Assembly (NCBI GenBank): GCA_017618195.1 | Contig: JAFZUW010000013.1 | Location: 9,223-73,222 of the forward strand | DNA from: Lachnospiraceae bacterium | GTDB taxonomy: Bacteria; Bacillota; Clostridia; Lachnospirales; Lachnospiraceae | Direction: 5' to 3' | DNA length: 64,000 nucleotides | In this document: positions 9,327-18,005 of the stretch, piece after piece | Layout of the letters: each line of letters opens with the position of its first letter | Position numbering within the stretch: the first letter of the stretch is position 1 | Made by a program: the position numbers and the translations under genes | The notes under the pieces: generated by a model | Database searches by the model: none | What the model was told of the DNA's origin: nothing | The model's input: only the letters and a program-made list of their open reading frames with translations

Positions 9327-11010
9327 CTTCGAGTCTCCTTAAAAATACCGCTACGCCGTCCTCGTCGTTTGAGAGCGTTACGGCGTCCGCTTTTGTTTTG
9401 ACCTCGGGAAGCGCGTTCGCAACCGCCACGCCGAGTCCGCATTTTACGATCGGCTCGATATCATCGTTATCGTCGCCGAAATAGACCGCCTGTTCCGCGG
9501 GAATTCCCGCGTTTTGAAGAAGCTGAAGGATGCCGTTCCATTTGGTCGCGGTGCGCGCCATAAACTGGATCAGTTTCCTGTCCGCAACCGTGCAGTACAC
9601 GTCGTCCGGCATCGGTACGGCAAGGCTTTCCGGAGGCATGTCCGGATGACTCGCAAGAATTTTATAAACCGCATCCCGTTTTGCAACTCCCGCAAGATCC
9701 TCGGTGACAATCGGCTGCCAGATCGGAATGTCGATATTCGAGTATAACCCGGACTCCGCTTCAATCGAAATGACCGTTCCCGGGATTGCTTCCAGTTCGG
9801 CAAGGATAGCGGCGGCACTTTCCGTTGAAATCGCATTGGCCTCGGTTCCGTGGGGCGTAACCGAACGCGCGCCGTTCAGCGTCACAACCGAAGTAACGCC
9901 GAGCGCGTCACGGTATTCGGTAATGGCGCGTTCCGGTCTCGCCGAAGCGATAAATACCTGCGCGCCCGCTTCCTGCCAGTCGGAAAGCACCTTCTTCGTA
10001 TCGTCTGTGATGCTCTTATCGGAATGTAAAAGCGTACGGTCCAGATCCACAATAATCGCCCGGTACGGCTGGATTGTGCGGTTCCAGATTTCGTATCCTT
10101 TCTCCCATGTTTCGACCGCGAACGGACGCCGGCTGTCCCCGATCCGGTTCGCGTATTCTTCGAGAAAACGGAGGAACGGCATCAGGTGCTCCCGCGCCGT
10201 AAGAATCTCCTTCATGATGACTTTGGTCCAGACCTTTGCCTGCTCATATTGTGCAGACTTCGTGAGCGATTCCGCATATCCTTTTACATCAAATGTGACT
10301 CTTCTCTCATCGACCGAAACCTTGCCGTCATCACTGACCTCCAATATCACATACGGTACCGTTCCGGCAAGGCAGTCAAGCGGAAGTCCGCAGGAACCGG
10401 GGTTGATCAGAACAATGCGTCCGTCCTTCGAGCGGTAGCTCCACTGGATATGCGTGTGTCCGAAGATGTATACGCCGTCCGGGAGTTCCCGAAGCCTTTC
10501 CTGAAGCATCTCGTCAGCGTCATTGTCCTTTCGGATGCCGTTGTCCAGCTGTTCTTTCGTCACAGGGGCGTTTCCGTACTTCTCCCCGAACAGAAAGGAA
10601 CTCCAGTGCGTTCCCTCAATCTTACCGAGGAAAGCCGACCTATCGTGCGCAATATGAATTGAGACCCCGCTGCATGCAATATCAATCGTGTGCGGCAGAG
10701 CCTCCAGATAATCCCGGTTTTCCTTCGGTACGGCGCGGTAAGAGTAGTAAGAAATCTGCATCTGGCCGTCCGTCCAGGTTTTCGGATCGGTTCCGTTCAG
10801 CTTTTCGAGATATGACTCCTCATTGCCTCTTACAATATAAGCGTTCGGCATTTCCCGGATCACTTTCAGGCATTCGTTCGGATACGGTCCGGAAAGGCAG
10901 TAATCTCCGGCAAATATGTAGCCGTCCGCCCCCTGCTTTGCTGCATCCGAAAGCACTGTTTCAAGCGCCTGAAGGTTTCCGTGAATATCGGCTAGTACGG
11001 CATATTTCAT
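9307..11010 (-). CDS. Fusion protein: calcineurin-like metallophosphoesterase (N-terminal) + Cof-type HAD-IIB phosphatase (C-terminal)
   Basis: N-terminal MPE motifs: ADIHGN, GDY, GNEE, GHTH. C-terminal HAD motifs: VDLDRTLL, IASARP, FGDDNDD. RBS AGGAG. Confidence 0.8.
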   Translation of the reverse strand: MKYAVLADIHGNLQALETVLSDAAKQGADGYIFAGDYCLSGPYPNECLKVIREMPNAYIVRGNEESYLEKLNGTDPKTWTDGQMQISYYSYRAVPKENRDYLEALPHTIDIACSGVSIHIAHDRSAFLGKIEGTHWSSFLFGEKYGNAPVTKEQLDNGIRKDNDADEMLQERLRELPDGVYIFGHTHIQWSYRSKDGRIVLINPGSCGLPLDCLAGTVPYVILEVSDDGKVSVDERRVTFDVKGYAESLTKSAQYEQAKVWTKVIMKEILTAREHLMPFLRFLEEYANRIGDSRRPFAVETWEKGYEIWNRTIQPYRAIIVDLDRTLLHSDKSITDDTKKVLSDWQEAGAQVFIASARPERAITEYRDALGVTSVVTLNGARSVTPHGTEANAISTESAAAILAELEAIPGTVISIEAESGLYSNIDIPIWQPIVTEDLAGVAKRDAVYKILASHPDMPPESLAVPMPDDVYCTVADRKLIQFMARTATKWNGILQLLQNAGIPAEQAVYFGDDNDDIEPIVKCGLGVAVANALPEVKTKADAVTLSNDEDGVAVFLRRLEDGFFCK

Positions 11011-11876
11011 CTGGTTTCTCCTTTGTCCCTGTACGCTTTTTTCAAAAACTCCGCAACCGCGTCCTCCTCGTTGGTTCCGATCACCGCCGTGGCAAGCTTC
11101 TTCAGTTCGGGGATCGCATTGGCCACCGCATATGCTTCGTCCGCAATCCGGAACATCGGCATATCATTGACCGAGTCTCCGAAGACGACCACGCGTTTAT
11201 AACCGAGGCGTTCCTTCAGTTTGAGAATCGTCTTGGCTTTCGTGCAGTTCTGCGGACAGATTTCAAGCCAGTAATCGTCACTGTAAGTGTCTTTTGAAAA
11301 GACGCATTCCCAGCCGCCGTATGCAGCTTTGATGCGCTCGTAAATCGGTGCAATGCAGTCCCGCTCCCCTACAAGCGTCACATACCCGGGCTGCCCGCGG
11401 AACATGTCCGCAAGGTCGCCCGCTTCCTGCATGGAAGGGTCGTTTGCGTAGTAATCAATGTATGTCTGAAGTCCTTTCGTATGGATTCCGCTGAGATACA
11501 TGCGGAGCATAACCTCCCCGGTAAAGCACGATACGAAGCCGCACTCCGGCAGTTCCGGAAGGAGTTTCTTTAACAGTTCGTTCTCTTCCTTCGTGAAAAG
11601 CGCCTTCTCGATGTGCTTTCCGGTATTGTTGTCCGCTAGCACCGCGCCGTTCCGCGTGATCACCGGCAGCTTAAGCTTAAGCCCTCCCGTAATCTTTCTG
11701 GCACTTTCGATCGATCGCGCGGTGGCAAATGTGAATGCCATCCCGTCTGCGACCAGCTCGTTGACGGTCTCAATCGTGTGCGCGGAAACCGTTTCGTTAT
11801 TTCGAAGCAAAGTACCGTCCAGATCGGTTATATAGAGGGTATCCGGCTTTGCTTCGTTCTTCTCGTAAAGTTCCAT
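11007..11876 (-). CDS. Cof-type HAD-IIB sugar-phosphate phosphatase
   Basis: Motifs TDLDGTLL, TARS and FGDSVNDMPMF. The start is trimmed to MELYEKNE, preceded by GGAAGGGGAG. It has a 4-nt overlap with the downstream fusion gene. Confidence 0.85.
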   Translation of the reverse strand: MELYEKNEAKPDTLYITDLDGTLLRNNETVSAHTIETVNELVADGMAFTFATARSIESARKITGGLKLKLPVITRNGAVLADNNTGKHIEKALFTKEENELLKKLLPELPECGFVSCFTGEVMLRMYLSGIHTKGLQTYIDYYANDPSMQEAGDLADMFRGQPGYVTLVGERDCIAPIYERIKAAYGGWECVFSKDTYSDDYWLEICPQNCTKAKTILKLKERLGYKRVVVFGDSVNDMPMFRIADEAYAVANAIPELKKLATAVIGTNEEDAVAEFLKKAYRDKGETR

Positions 11877-12000
11877 TTTTCTCCCCTTCCGTACGGGTTG
11901 TTTCATATCATCCCAAAACGGTTTTAATCCCGTTCCGATAAGGCTTGCATCCCGTCCCAATACGGGTTGTTTCCCGTAAACCCGTGCCTGCGCGCCCTCT

Positions 12001-12768
12001 TTATCGGGCGCCTCCGGTTACATAATCGGCAAGCGCCAAAGCAATGTCGAAATGTCCGACGTCATGCTGTCCGCCGCTCGTGTATTCTTTGCCGCGGTCG
12101 TCCCATTCGGGTGCGTCCAGAAGGTCTCCGCTTGTAAAAAACGCATACAGATCAAGTCCGCGGAACGTGCACATCGCCTGCACGCCGGCGCTCTCCATCT
12201 CAACGGAGATGCATCCGTCAGCCTTCCGCTTTTCGAAATTGTTTCTCGTCTCACGATAGAACGAGTCCGTCGTCCATGTCTTACCGAGCACGTACGGGAT
12301 TCCGAACTCCTTCATGAATGCCTCCACCACGGGCGCGTTCGGCATATCCACATAGTCCGACGCCGGCATATAGTGATAGGATGTGCCCTCGTCGCGGTAT
12401 CCCGCCGTCGGCACCATAACCTTTCCGTGCGCGATTTCCTTATTCAGGCAGCCCGCGCCGCCGAACAGGATATACTTCTTACATTTCAATTCCGTTAAGG
12501 TATCCTCGATAAATCCGGTCGTAATCGGTGCCCCGACATACGTCTTATAGAACGCGAAACGCTTGCCGTTTCTCTCAATCAGATATACGGGCGTCTTGCC
12601 GGTCGCGCACCAGAGCGCCGCAATCTCGCCGCTTACAAAATTCTCAATTACGTATTTCTCGATCCTGTCGGAAAATGTGATGATGCACGCATCCACCGGT
12701 ACCGCGTCTTCCTTGACGGCGGGATTGATGATTGCTTCCGACTGATTGTCAAATGTATCCGTTATCAT
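12001..12768 (-). CDS. Nucleoside phosphorylase (uridine-phosphorylase-like, PNP_UDP_1)
   Basis: Motifs FGGAGCL, YRDEGTSYHY, TTDSFYRET and VEMESAG. Confidence 0.75.
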   Translation of the reverse strand: MITDTFDNQSEAIINPAVKEDAVPVDACIITFSDRIEKYVIENFVSGEIAALWCATGKTPVYLIERNGKRFAFYKTYVGAPITTGFIEDTLTELKCKKYILFGGAGCLNKEIAHGKVMVPTAGYRDEGTSYHYMPASDYVDMPNAPVVEAFMKEFGIPYVLGKTWTTDSFYRETRNNFEKRKADGCISVEMESAGVQAMCTFRGLDLYAFFTSGDLLDAPEWDDRGKEYTSGGQHDVGHFDIALALADYVTGGAR

Positions 12769-14348
12769 AATTTCCGATCTCCTTTCAAAAAGCAGTGATA
12801 CCGCGTAACCTCACCGTCCGGATACTGCTTCGCCTCGCTTGTAACCGTAAACCCGCAGGAGCGGTAGAACTCTACCCCGTCACTGTCCGTCTGCGCGTAA
12901 TATGTGTCATAACGGCCGGATTCCATCGCTTTTCGGAGCATTTTCCGGCCGATTCCGAAATAGCGGCAGCCCGGATCGACTGCGATACCGATAATCTCGG
13001 CGGTGTTCTTTGTTCCGTCCTGCCCGCTGCGGATATCCATCCGGTTTTCAGCGCCTTCCTGCCTGCTTAAGCCGTCCTTCGCTGCAAGAGCAAGCATTCC
13101 GGAAATATAGTTCTCGGTCCGGTATACATAGATTTCCGCCGACGGATTCCGCATTAGCTCTGTCATCTTTTCGAGATACTTCTCATAGGCCGGCTCATAC
13201 ATGCACGAGGAATAAATCTTATATGCGTCCTCCGAAAGGATCCGCTCCCGGTCCGTGCACGGAATAACTTCCTTACGCTGCAGCACCGACACATGCGTGA
13301 TGCCGTTTGTTTCGTCCGGAAACTCCCGAAGGAATGTCATTCCGATAGCTTCTGCGGTTTTATAAGATGCTTCGTTGGTGTATTTGCAGTAAGAATAGAG
13401 TGCCGGGTAGGATGTATGGCGGAGCGCCCAATCCCTTACGGCTGCGGCGGCTTCCTTTGCATAGCCGTTATTCTGCATGTCGCGGCGGATGTGATAACCG
13501 ATTTCCGGCAGGATCTCGCCGTCAATATTCTGAAGCGTCAGCCCGCAGTCTCCGATCATCTCGCCGGTTTCCTTTAAGCATACCGCCCACAGGCCGAAAC
13601 CGTACTGCTGATAGCGGTCCCGGTTCCTTGAAATCCAATCGCGTACACGCGCCTCATCAAAAGAATAGGGATAGTGCCGCATGTTGTCAGGGTCTGCCAG
13701 AACCTTGCTGAGCGCTTCATAATCGTCCGCGGTCATCTCGCGAAGCACAAGCCTGTCCGTTTCCATACGAAACGGTGCGGCCTGCTCCTCTAATTCCGCA
13801 TGTTCCGAAAGCGCCTTCTTCGTATCAATGCGGTAATCCACGACCTCTTTGTGATCCGGCTCATCCTCATAATACTGCCGGATGCGGACGCCTCCGAGCG
13901 ACTCCATCGTCTTCCAGGACGCGGGATTGTCAAGGTCCGCATCCAAAAGCACGGTTTCAATCCCGTATTGGTTGCATACCTTCAGCGCAAGATACAGATT
14001 GATCTTGTTATATCCTTTGCCGCGCTCGGTCGGACGGATGCTGTAGCCGATGTTTCCGCCGTACTTTTTGAGCCGCTCGTTTAAATCGATACGGATGTTG
14101 ATCATGCCGACGATCTTCCGGTCCTCTTCCCGCACAAAGAAGAACTCGCGCGCGGGCACCTTCATCTTGTTCGTTTCGACCAGATTGTGGGCTTCCGTCG
14201 CTCGAAGCCACCCTTCGTAATCCTTCAGGTAGTGGTTAAGACCTCCGGCACCGTTGACGTTCGAACCGTATTCATAAAATTCATTGATATATGCGATTGC
14301 TTCTTCTTTCCGTTCTGCCGACGGAACTTCCAGATAAAACTTCTCCAT
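12765..14348 (-). CDS. Triple GNAT-domain acetyltransferase fusion
   Basis: There are three successive GNAT-like cores. Core 1: RPTERGKGYNKINL. Core 2 is RimJ/RimL-like: LVLREMTADDYE...IRRDMQNNGYAKEA. Core 3: IAVDPGCRYFGIGRKML...YRSCGF. RBS GGGGGAG. Confidence 0.75.
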   Translation of the reverse strand: MEKFYLEVPSAERKEEAIAYINEFYEYGSNVNGAGGLNHYLKDYEGWLRATEAHNLVETNKMKVPAREFFFVREEDRKIVGMINIRIDLNERLKKYGGNIGYSIRPTERGKGYNKINLYLALKVCNQYGIETVLLDADLDNPASWKTMESLGGVRIRQYYEDEPDHKEVVDYRIDTKKALSEHAELEEQAAPFRMETDRLVLREMTADDYEALSKVLADPDNMRHYPYSFDEARVRDWISRNRDRYQQYGFGLWAVCLKETGEMIGDCGLTLQNIDGEILPEIGYHIRRDMQNNGYAKEAAAAVRDWALRHTSYPALYSYCKYTNEASYKTAEAIGMTFLREFPDETNGITHVSVLQRKEVIPCTDRERILSEDAYKIYSSCMYEPAYEKYLEKMTELMRNPSAEIYVYRTENYISGMLALAAKDGLSRQEGAENRMDIRSGQDGTKNTAEIIGIAVDPGCRYFGIGRKMLRKAMESGRYDTYYAQTDSDGVEFYRSCGFTVTSEAKQYPDGEVTRYHCFLKGDRKL

Positions 14349-14363
14349 AACTCCCCCTGTCCG

Positions 14364-15938
14364 TTATTTCAGCATGCTCTCCTCCCAGCTTCCGTAAGGC
14401 TTAAGCCCCATCAGCTCCGCAATCGTCGGCGCAACATTCGCCAGTCCGAATGCTCCTTCCTTAAGTTCATGCCGTATATTCTTATCGTAAATGATGAAAG
14501 GCACGGGATTCAGGCTGTGCGCAGTTCTTACTTCCACCACGCCCTTCTTATTCTTCTCAAGCATCTGATCCGAATTTCCGTGATCGGCCGTAACAACCAG
14601 AATGCATCCCGCGGCATCGCATGCCTTTTTAATGCGGGCAAGCTCCAAATCCACGCTTTCGACGGCAATCTCGGTTGCATCCGGATTGCCGGTGTGTCCG
14701 ACCATGTCCCCGTTCGGGAAATTGCAGCGGATAAAGCCGTATTTTCCGCTTTCGATTGCCTCGATTACCTTATCGGCAATCTCGGTTCCCTTCATCCACG
14801 GGCACTCATCAAATGAGCGCACATCGCTCGGAATCTCGCAATAATCTTCCAGTTCTTCCGAGAACTTCTCGGAGCGGTTTCCGTTCCAAAAGTATGTCAC
14901 ATGTCCGTATTTCTGTGTCTCGGATACCGCGTACTCACGGACTTTGTTCGCTACAAGCAGTTCGGTAAGCGTCTCGCGGATCTGCGGCGGGTTCACAAGA
15001 TAATGCTTCGGTATCTTAAGATCTCCGTCATATTGAAGCATTCCGGCGTATTTGACCTGCGGAATAAAGCCGCGGTCGAACCGGTCGAAGGAATCATCTC
15101 CGTCAAATGCCATCGATAGTTCAAGCGCCCGGTCTCCGCGGAAGTTGAACAGGATTACGCCGTCGCCGTCTTCCATCGCGCCGGCCGGCCTGCCGTCCTT
15201 CTCAATCACAAAGGCAGGCAGATCCTGATCGATCGCCCCGGTCTCCGCCCGCAGGGTTTTAATGGCTTCCGTACAGTTTGCAAACCGGCGGCCTTCTCCG
15301 TGTACGTGCACGTCCCATCCGGCCTTCACCATCGGCCAGTTTGCCTGATAGCGGTCCATCGTTATCTTCATCCGGCCGCCGCCCGAAGCGATGCAGCCGT
15401 CAAAATCATTGTCATTTAAAGAAGCAAGCGTTTCCTCGAGCATATCGACATACTCAAGCGCCGAAGTTGCGGGAACATCCCGACCGTCTAACAGCACGTG
15501 AACACGAGCCCTGCAAACGCCCTCCTTCTTTGCTTCCTTAAGCATTGCGAGAAGATGCCGGATGTTGGAATGCACGTTTCCGTCTGACAGAAGTCCGATG
15601 AAATGTAACGTCTTTCCGGCGGATACGACGCTGTTCACGATATCTTTCCATGTCTCACTGCGGAATACGTCTCCCGATTCAATCGATTCATTGACCAGCT
15701 TCGCGCCCTGCGAATAAATCTGTCCGCAGCCGAGCGCGTTGTGTCCGACTTCGCTGTTTCCCATATCGTCATCGGAGGGAAGTCCGACGGCGCCGCCGTG
15801 TGCTTTGATGCACGTCCACGGACAGCTCGCCTTCAATGCGTCCAAGGTAGGCGTATTTGCCCTCAGAACCATATTCCCGAGCTCCTCCTGTGTCTCGCCG
15901 ACACCGTCCATAATTACGAGTACAACTGTCTTTTCCAT
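14364..15938 (-). CDS. gpmI: 2,3-bisphosphoglycerate-independent phosphoglycerate mutase
   Basis: Full-length iPGM-like protein (VLVIMDGVGE, NSEVGHNALG, ADHGN). The start is trimmed to MEKTVVLVIMDG, preceded by GGGAGG. Confidence 0.9.
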   Translation of the reverse strand: MEKTVVLVIMDGVGETQEELGNMVLRANTPTLDALKASCPWTCIKAHGGAVGLPSDDDMGNSEVGHNALGCGQIYSQGAKLVNESIESGDVFRSETWKDIVNSVVSAGKTLHFIGLLSDGNVHSNIRHLLAMLKEAKKEGVCRARVHVLLDGRDVPATSALEYVDMLEETLASLNDNDFDGCIASGGGRMKITMDRYQANWPMVKAGWDVHVHGEGRRFANCTEAIKTLRAETGAIDQDLPAFVIEKDGRPAGAMEDGDGVILFNFRGDRALELSMAFDGDDSFDRFDRGFIPQVKYAGMLQYDGDLKIPKHYLVNPPQIRETLTELLVANKVREYAVSETQKYGHVTYFWNGNRSEKFSEELEDYCEIPSDVRSFDECPWMKGTEIADKVIEAIESGKYGFIRCNFPNGDMVGHTGNPDATEIAVESVDLELARIKKACDAAGCILVVTADHGNSDQMLEKNKKGVVEVRTAHSLNPVPFIIYDKNIRHELKEGAFGLANVAPTIAELMGLKPYGSWEESMLK

Positions 15939-16025
15939 GCAATACCTCCCGGAATTCTTTCCATTGACAACCATATGCGCCGATATCACATATTTCGGTC
16001 ACTTTGAAACATGCGGATCTTCTCT

Positions 16026-16553
16026 TTACAAACTGTCGATAATTTCCTTTGCCCTCTTAAGAATCGGAAGCTCGCGGTTCGCGATCAGTCTTCCGATCGG
16101 CGTCTCGCGGTACTGCTCATACGCGGCAACCGCCTCTTCGAAGGTCTTCCGCTCCATGGACAGGTGAAACACTTCAATCTCGTCGTCCGTCATATGCGAA
16201 TCCCCGAACGAAACGATACGGCACAGATAATAGTTGGTCAGATTGTGGCGGTGGATTACGTTGTAATAGTCGCTGACCATGCCGATTTTGCAGATGATTT
16301 CCACCTCAACACCGAGTTCCTCACTGAGCTCGCGGCGGATCGCCGTCTCCAGATCCTCGCCGTCCTCAACGCCGCCTCCGGGCGTCTCCAGATGTGTTGC
16401 CTTTCCGAACAGGTCGTCTCTTTCCGCTTTTACGAAATAGAACCGTCCCTGCGCGTCAAATACGACTCCTCTCGCGATTCTGCGGTCATGGCTGATGTAT
16501 TCAAGCGGCCATTCCTTATCCTCCAGATCGAGTCTGATTTCCTCATTAACCAT
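16026..16553 (-). CDS. NUDIX hydrolase
   Basis: Nudix box GGGVEDGEDLETAIRRELSEELGV. Confidence 0.85.
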   Translation of the reverse strand: MVNEEIRLDLEDKEWPLEYISHDRRIARGVVFDAQGRFYFVKAERDDLFGKATHLETPGGGVEDGEDLETAIRRELSEELGVEVEIICKIGMVSDYYNVIHRHNLTNYYLCRIVSFGDSHMTDDEIEVFHLSMERKTFEEAVAAYEQYRETPIGRLIANRELPILKRAKEIIDSL

Positions 16554-16577
16554 TCCGATACCCCTCCTTATATCATC

Positions 16578-17057
16578 CTACCGGTCGTCCCTTAAGAAGT
16601 ATTTTACCACATGTTCCGGATGGGACAACTCGGTTTTGAAAAACGTCGGGAACATTTTGATCTCGTCATCAACGGAAACCCACCGCAGATGCTCCGTTGC
16701 TTCACCCTCCTTAAAATCCTCGCTGACCGGCGAGAAGTCCTCCGGAACCTTCATGTAATAGTAAAGGGACATTTCGTAGATCGTCTTCCCGAGATTGGAC
16801 GGGGAATCGCCGTAGAAATAAACTTCCGACACGAATCCGAGCCGGTCGATCTCCATCCGCACTCCCGTTTCTTCCTCCACTTCGCGGACAACCGCCTGTT
16901 CCGAAGTCTCGCCGAACTGAATGCGTCCGCCGACCGAATACAGATAGTTCTCGCGGTCGTTTCCGACCATCAGAAACCTGCCGTCCTTTAAAATGATCGC
17001 TCCGACCCGGATGTTGATCAGTCCGTCGCCGCAGGGGACCGTCATGTCTTTACCCAT
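16578..17057 (-). CDS. NUDIX hydrolase
   Basis: Nudix box GGRIQFGETSEQAVVREVEEETGV. The start is moved to MGKDM, 9 nt after GGAAGGAG. Confidence 0.85.
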   Translation of the reverse strand: MGKDMTVPCGDGLINIRVGAIILKDGRFLMVGNDRENYLYSVGGRIQFGETSEQAVVREVEEETGVRMEIDRLGFVSEVYFYGDSPSNLGKTIYEMSLYYYMKVPEDFSPVSEDFKEGEATEHLRWVSVDDEIKMFPTFFKTELSHPEHVVKYFLRDDR

Positions 17058-17177
17058 TGGAATCATCTCCTTCCGTTTTGACCGGCCTCAAAGGCCCTGT
17101 TTTACTGTGTTTCATACATTTTCCGCGCCCCCGGGATACTCCTCAAAAATGGGTCCCGCGAAAAAAATATTTCGACC

Positions 17178-17186
17178 AGTATATCA
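17178..17186 (-). promoter_or_regulatory. Extended -10 element upstream of the NUDIX genes
   Basis: TGaTATACT on the minus strand. Confidence 0.4.
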
Positions 17187-17265
17187 CAATGTCCGGTGTC
17201 TGAACAGCCCCAATTTGCGGGAAAATGCAACTTTTTTCGCGCCGGTTTCCGGAACGTCCGCCGCC

Positions 17266-17319
17266 CGAAAACAAATGACCGCAGTCGCCTCTTCGGATCT
17301 CCCGAAAACGACTGCGGTC
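17266..17319 (-). terminator. Rho-independent terminator after the alarmone synthetase gene
   Basis: Minus strand: GACCGCAGTCG...CGACTGCGGTC (11-bp stem) followed by ATTTGTTTTCG. Confidence 0.7.
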
Positions 17320-17338
17320 TGTATGGTCCGCCCGGATT

Positions 17339-17974
17339 TTAACCGTTAACCTGTATTCTGCTGTGAATCGGAATCTCTTCCGAACACCCTAAGGACTCCT
17401 GAATGATCTCCCTTATCGTCTGCATGGATATGTCAACCGACGCGATCTCGTCGGCACACCGCTTCAATTCGTCGCGGATCATTCTCTCCGCCGGAATTTT
17501 CTTCTTGTATTTGAGCTGGTGCTCAAGCGTTGCCCAGAAATCGGTTGCGATCGTTCGGATCTGGATCTCCGCGGGCATGCCCGACGTCAGGTGATTCAGC
17601 TGGATATGATAACTCCGGTAGCCGTTCGGCTTCGGATATGCATAATAGTCTTTCTCGCGGATGATTTTGATATCCGGCTGTTTTCTCAGCCATTCCGCCA
17701 TCCGGTATACGTCCGAGGCGAATGCACACACCACACGGATACCGATCAGATCAAACAGGTTTTCAAATGCCGATTCCACGCTCGGCTCGATTTCCTGCAC
17801 CCTGCACTTGCGGAGCACGCTCTCCGGTGATTTCAGCCGGGAGCAGAAGTATACTACCGGTTTCACTCCGCTCTCTTCAAATGTTTCCGTATAAGCGGAA
17901 ATCTTGTCTAACAATTCCTGCTCCGTCTGCTTCATCTGCGGCAGAGCCGACCCGTAAAACTCCTCATAAGTCAC
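17339..17974 (-). CDS. Small alarmone synthetase (RelP/RelQ-type GTP pyrophosphokinase)
   Basis: Single RelA_SpoT synthetase domain: RLKSPESVLRK, DLIGIRVV, GYRSYHIQL, EIQIRTIATDFWATLEH. Apparent GTG start. Confidence 0.85.
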   Translation of the reverse strand: MTYEEFYGSALPQMKQTEQELLDKISAYTETFEESGVKPVVYFCSRLKSPESVLRKCRVQEIEPSVESAFENLFDLIGIRVVCAFASDVYRMAEWLRKQPDIKIIREKDYYAYPKPNGYRSYHIQLNHLTSGMPAEIQIRTIATDFWATLEHQLKYKKKIPAERMIRDELKRCADEIASVDISMQTIREIIQESLGCSEEIPIHSRIQVNG

Positions 17975-18005
17975 GTACCATCACCCCTGTCCTGCATTCC
18001 TTCCG

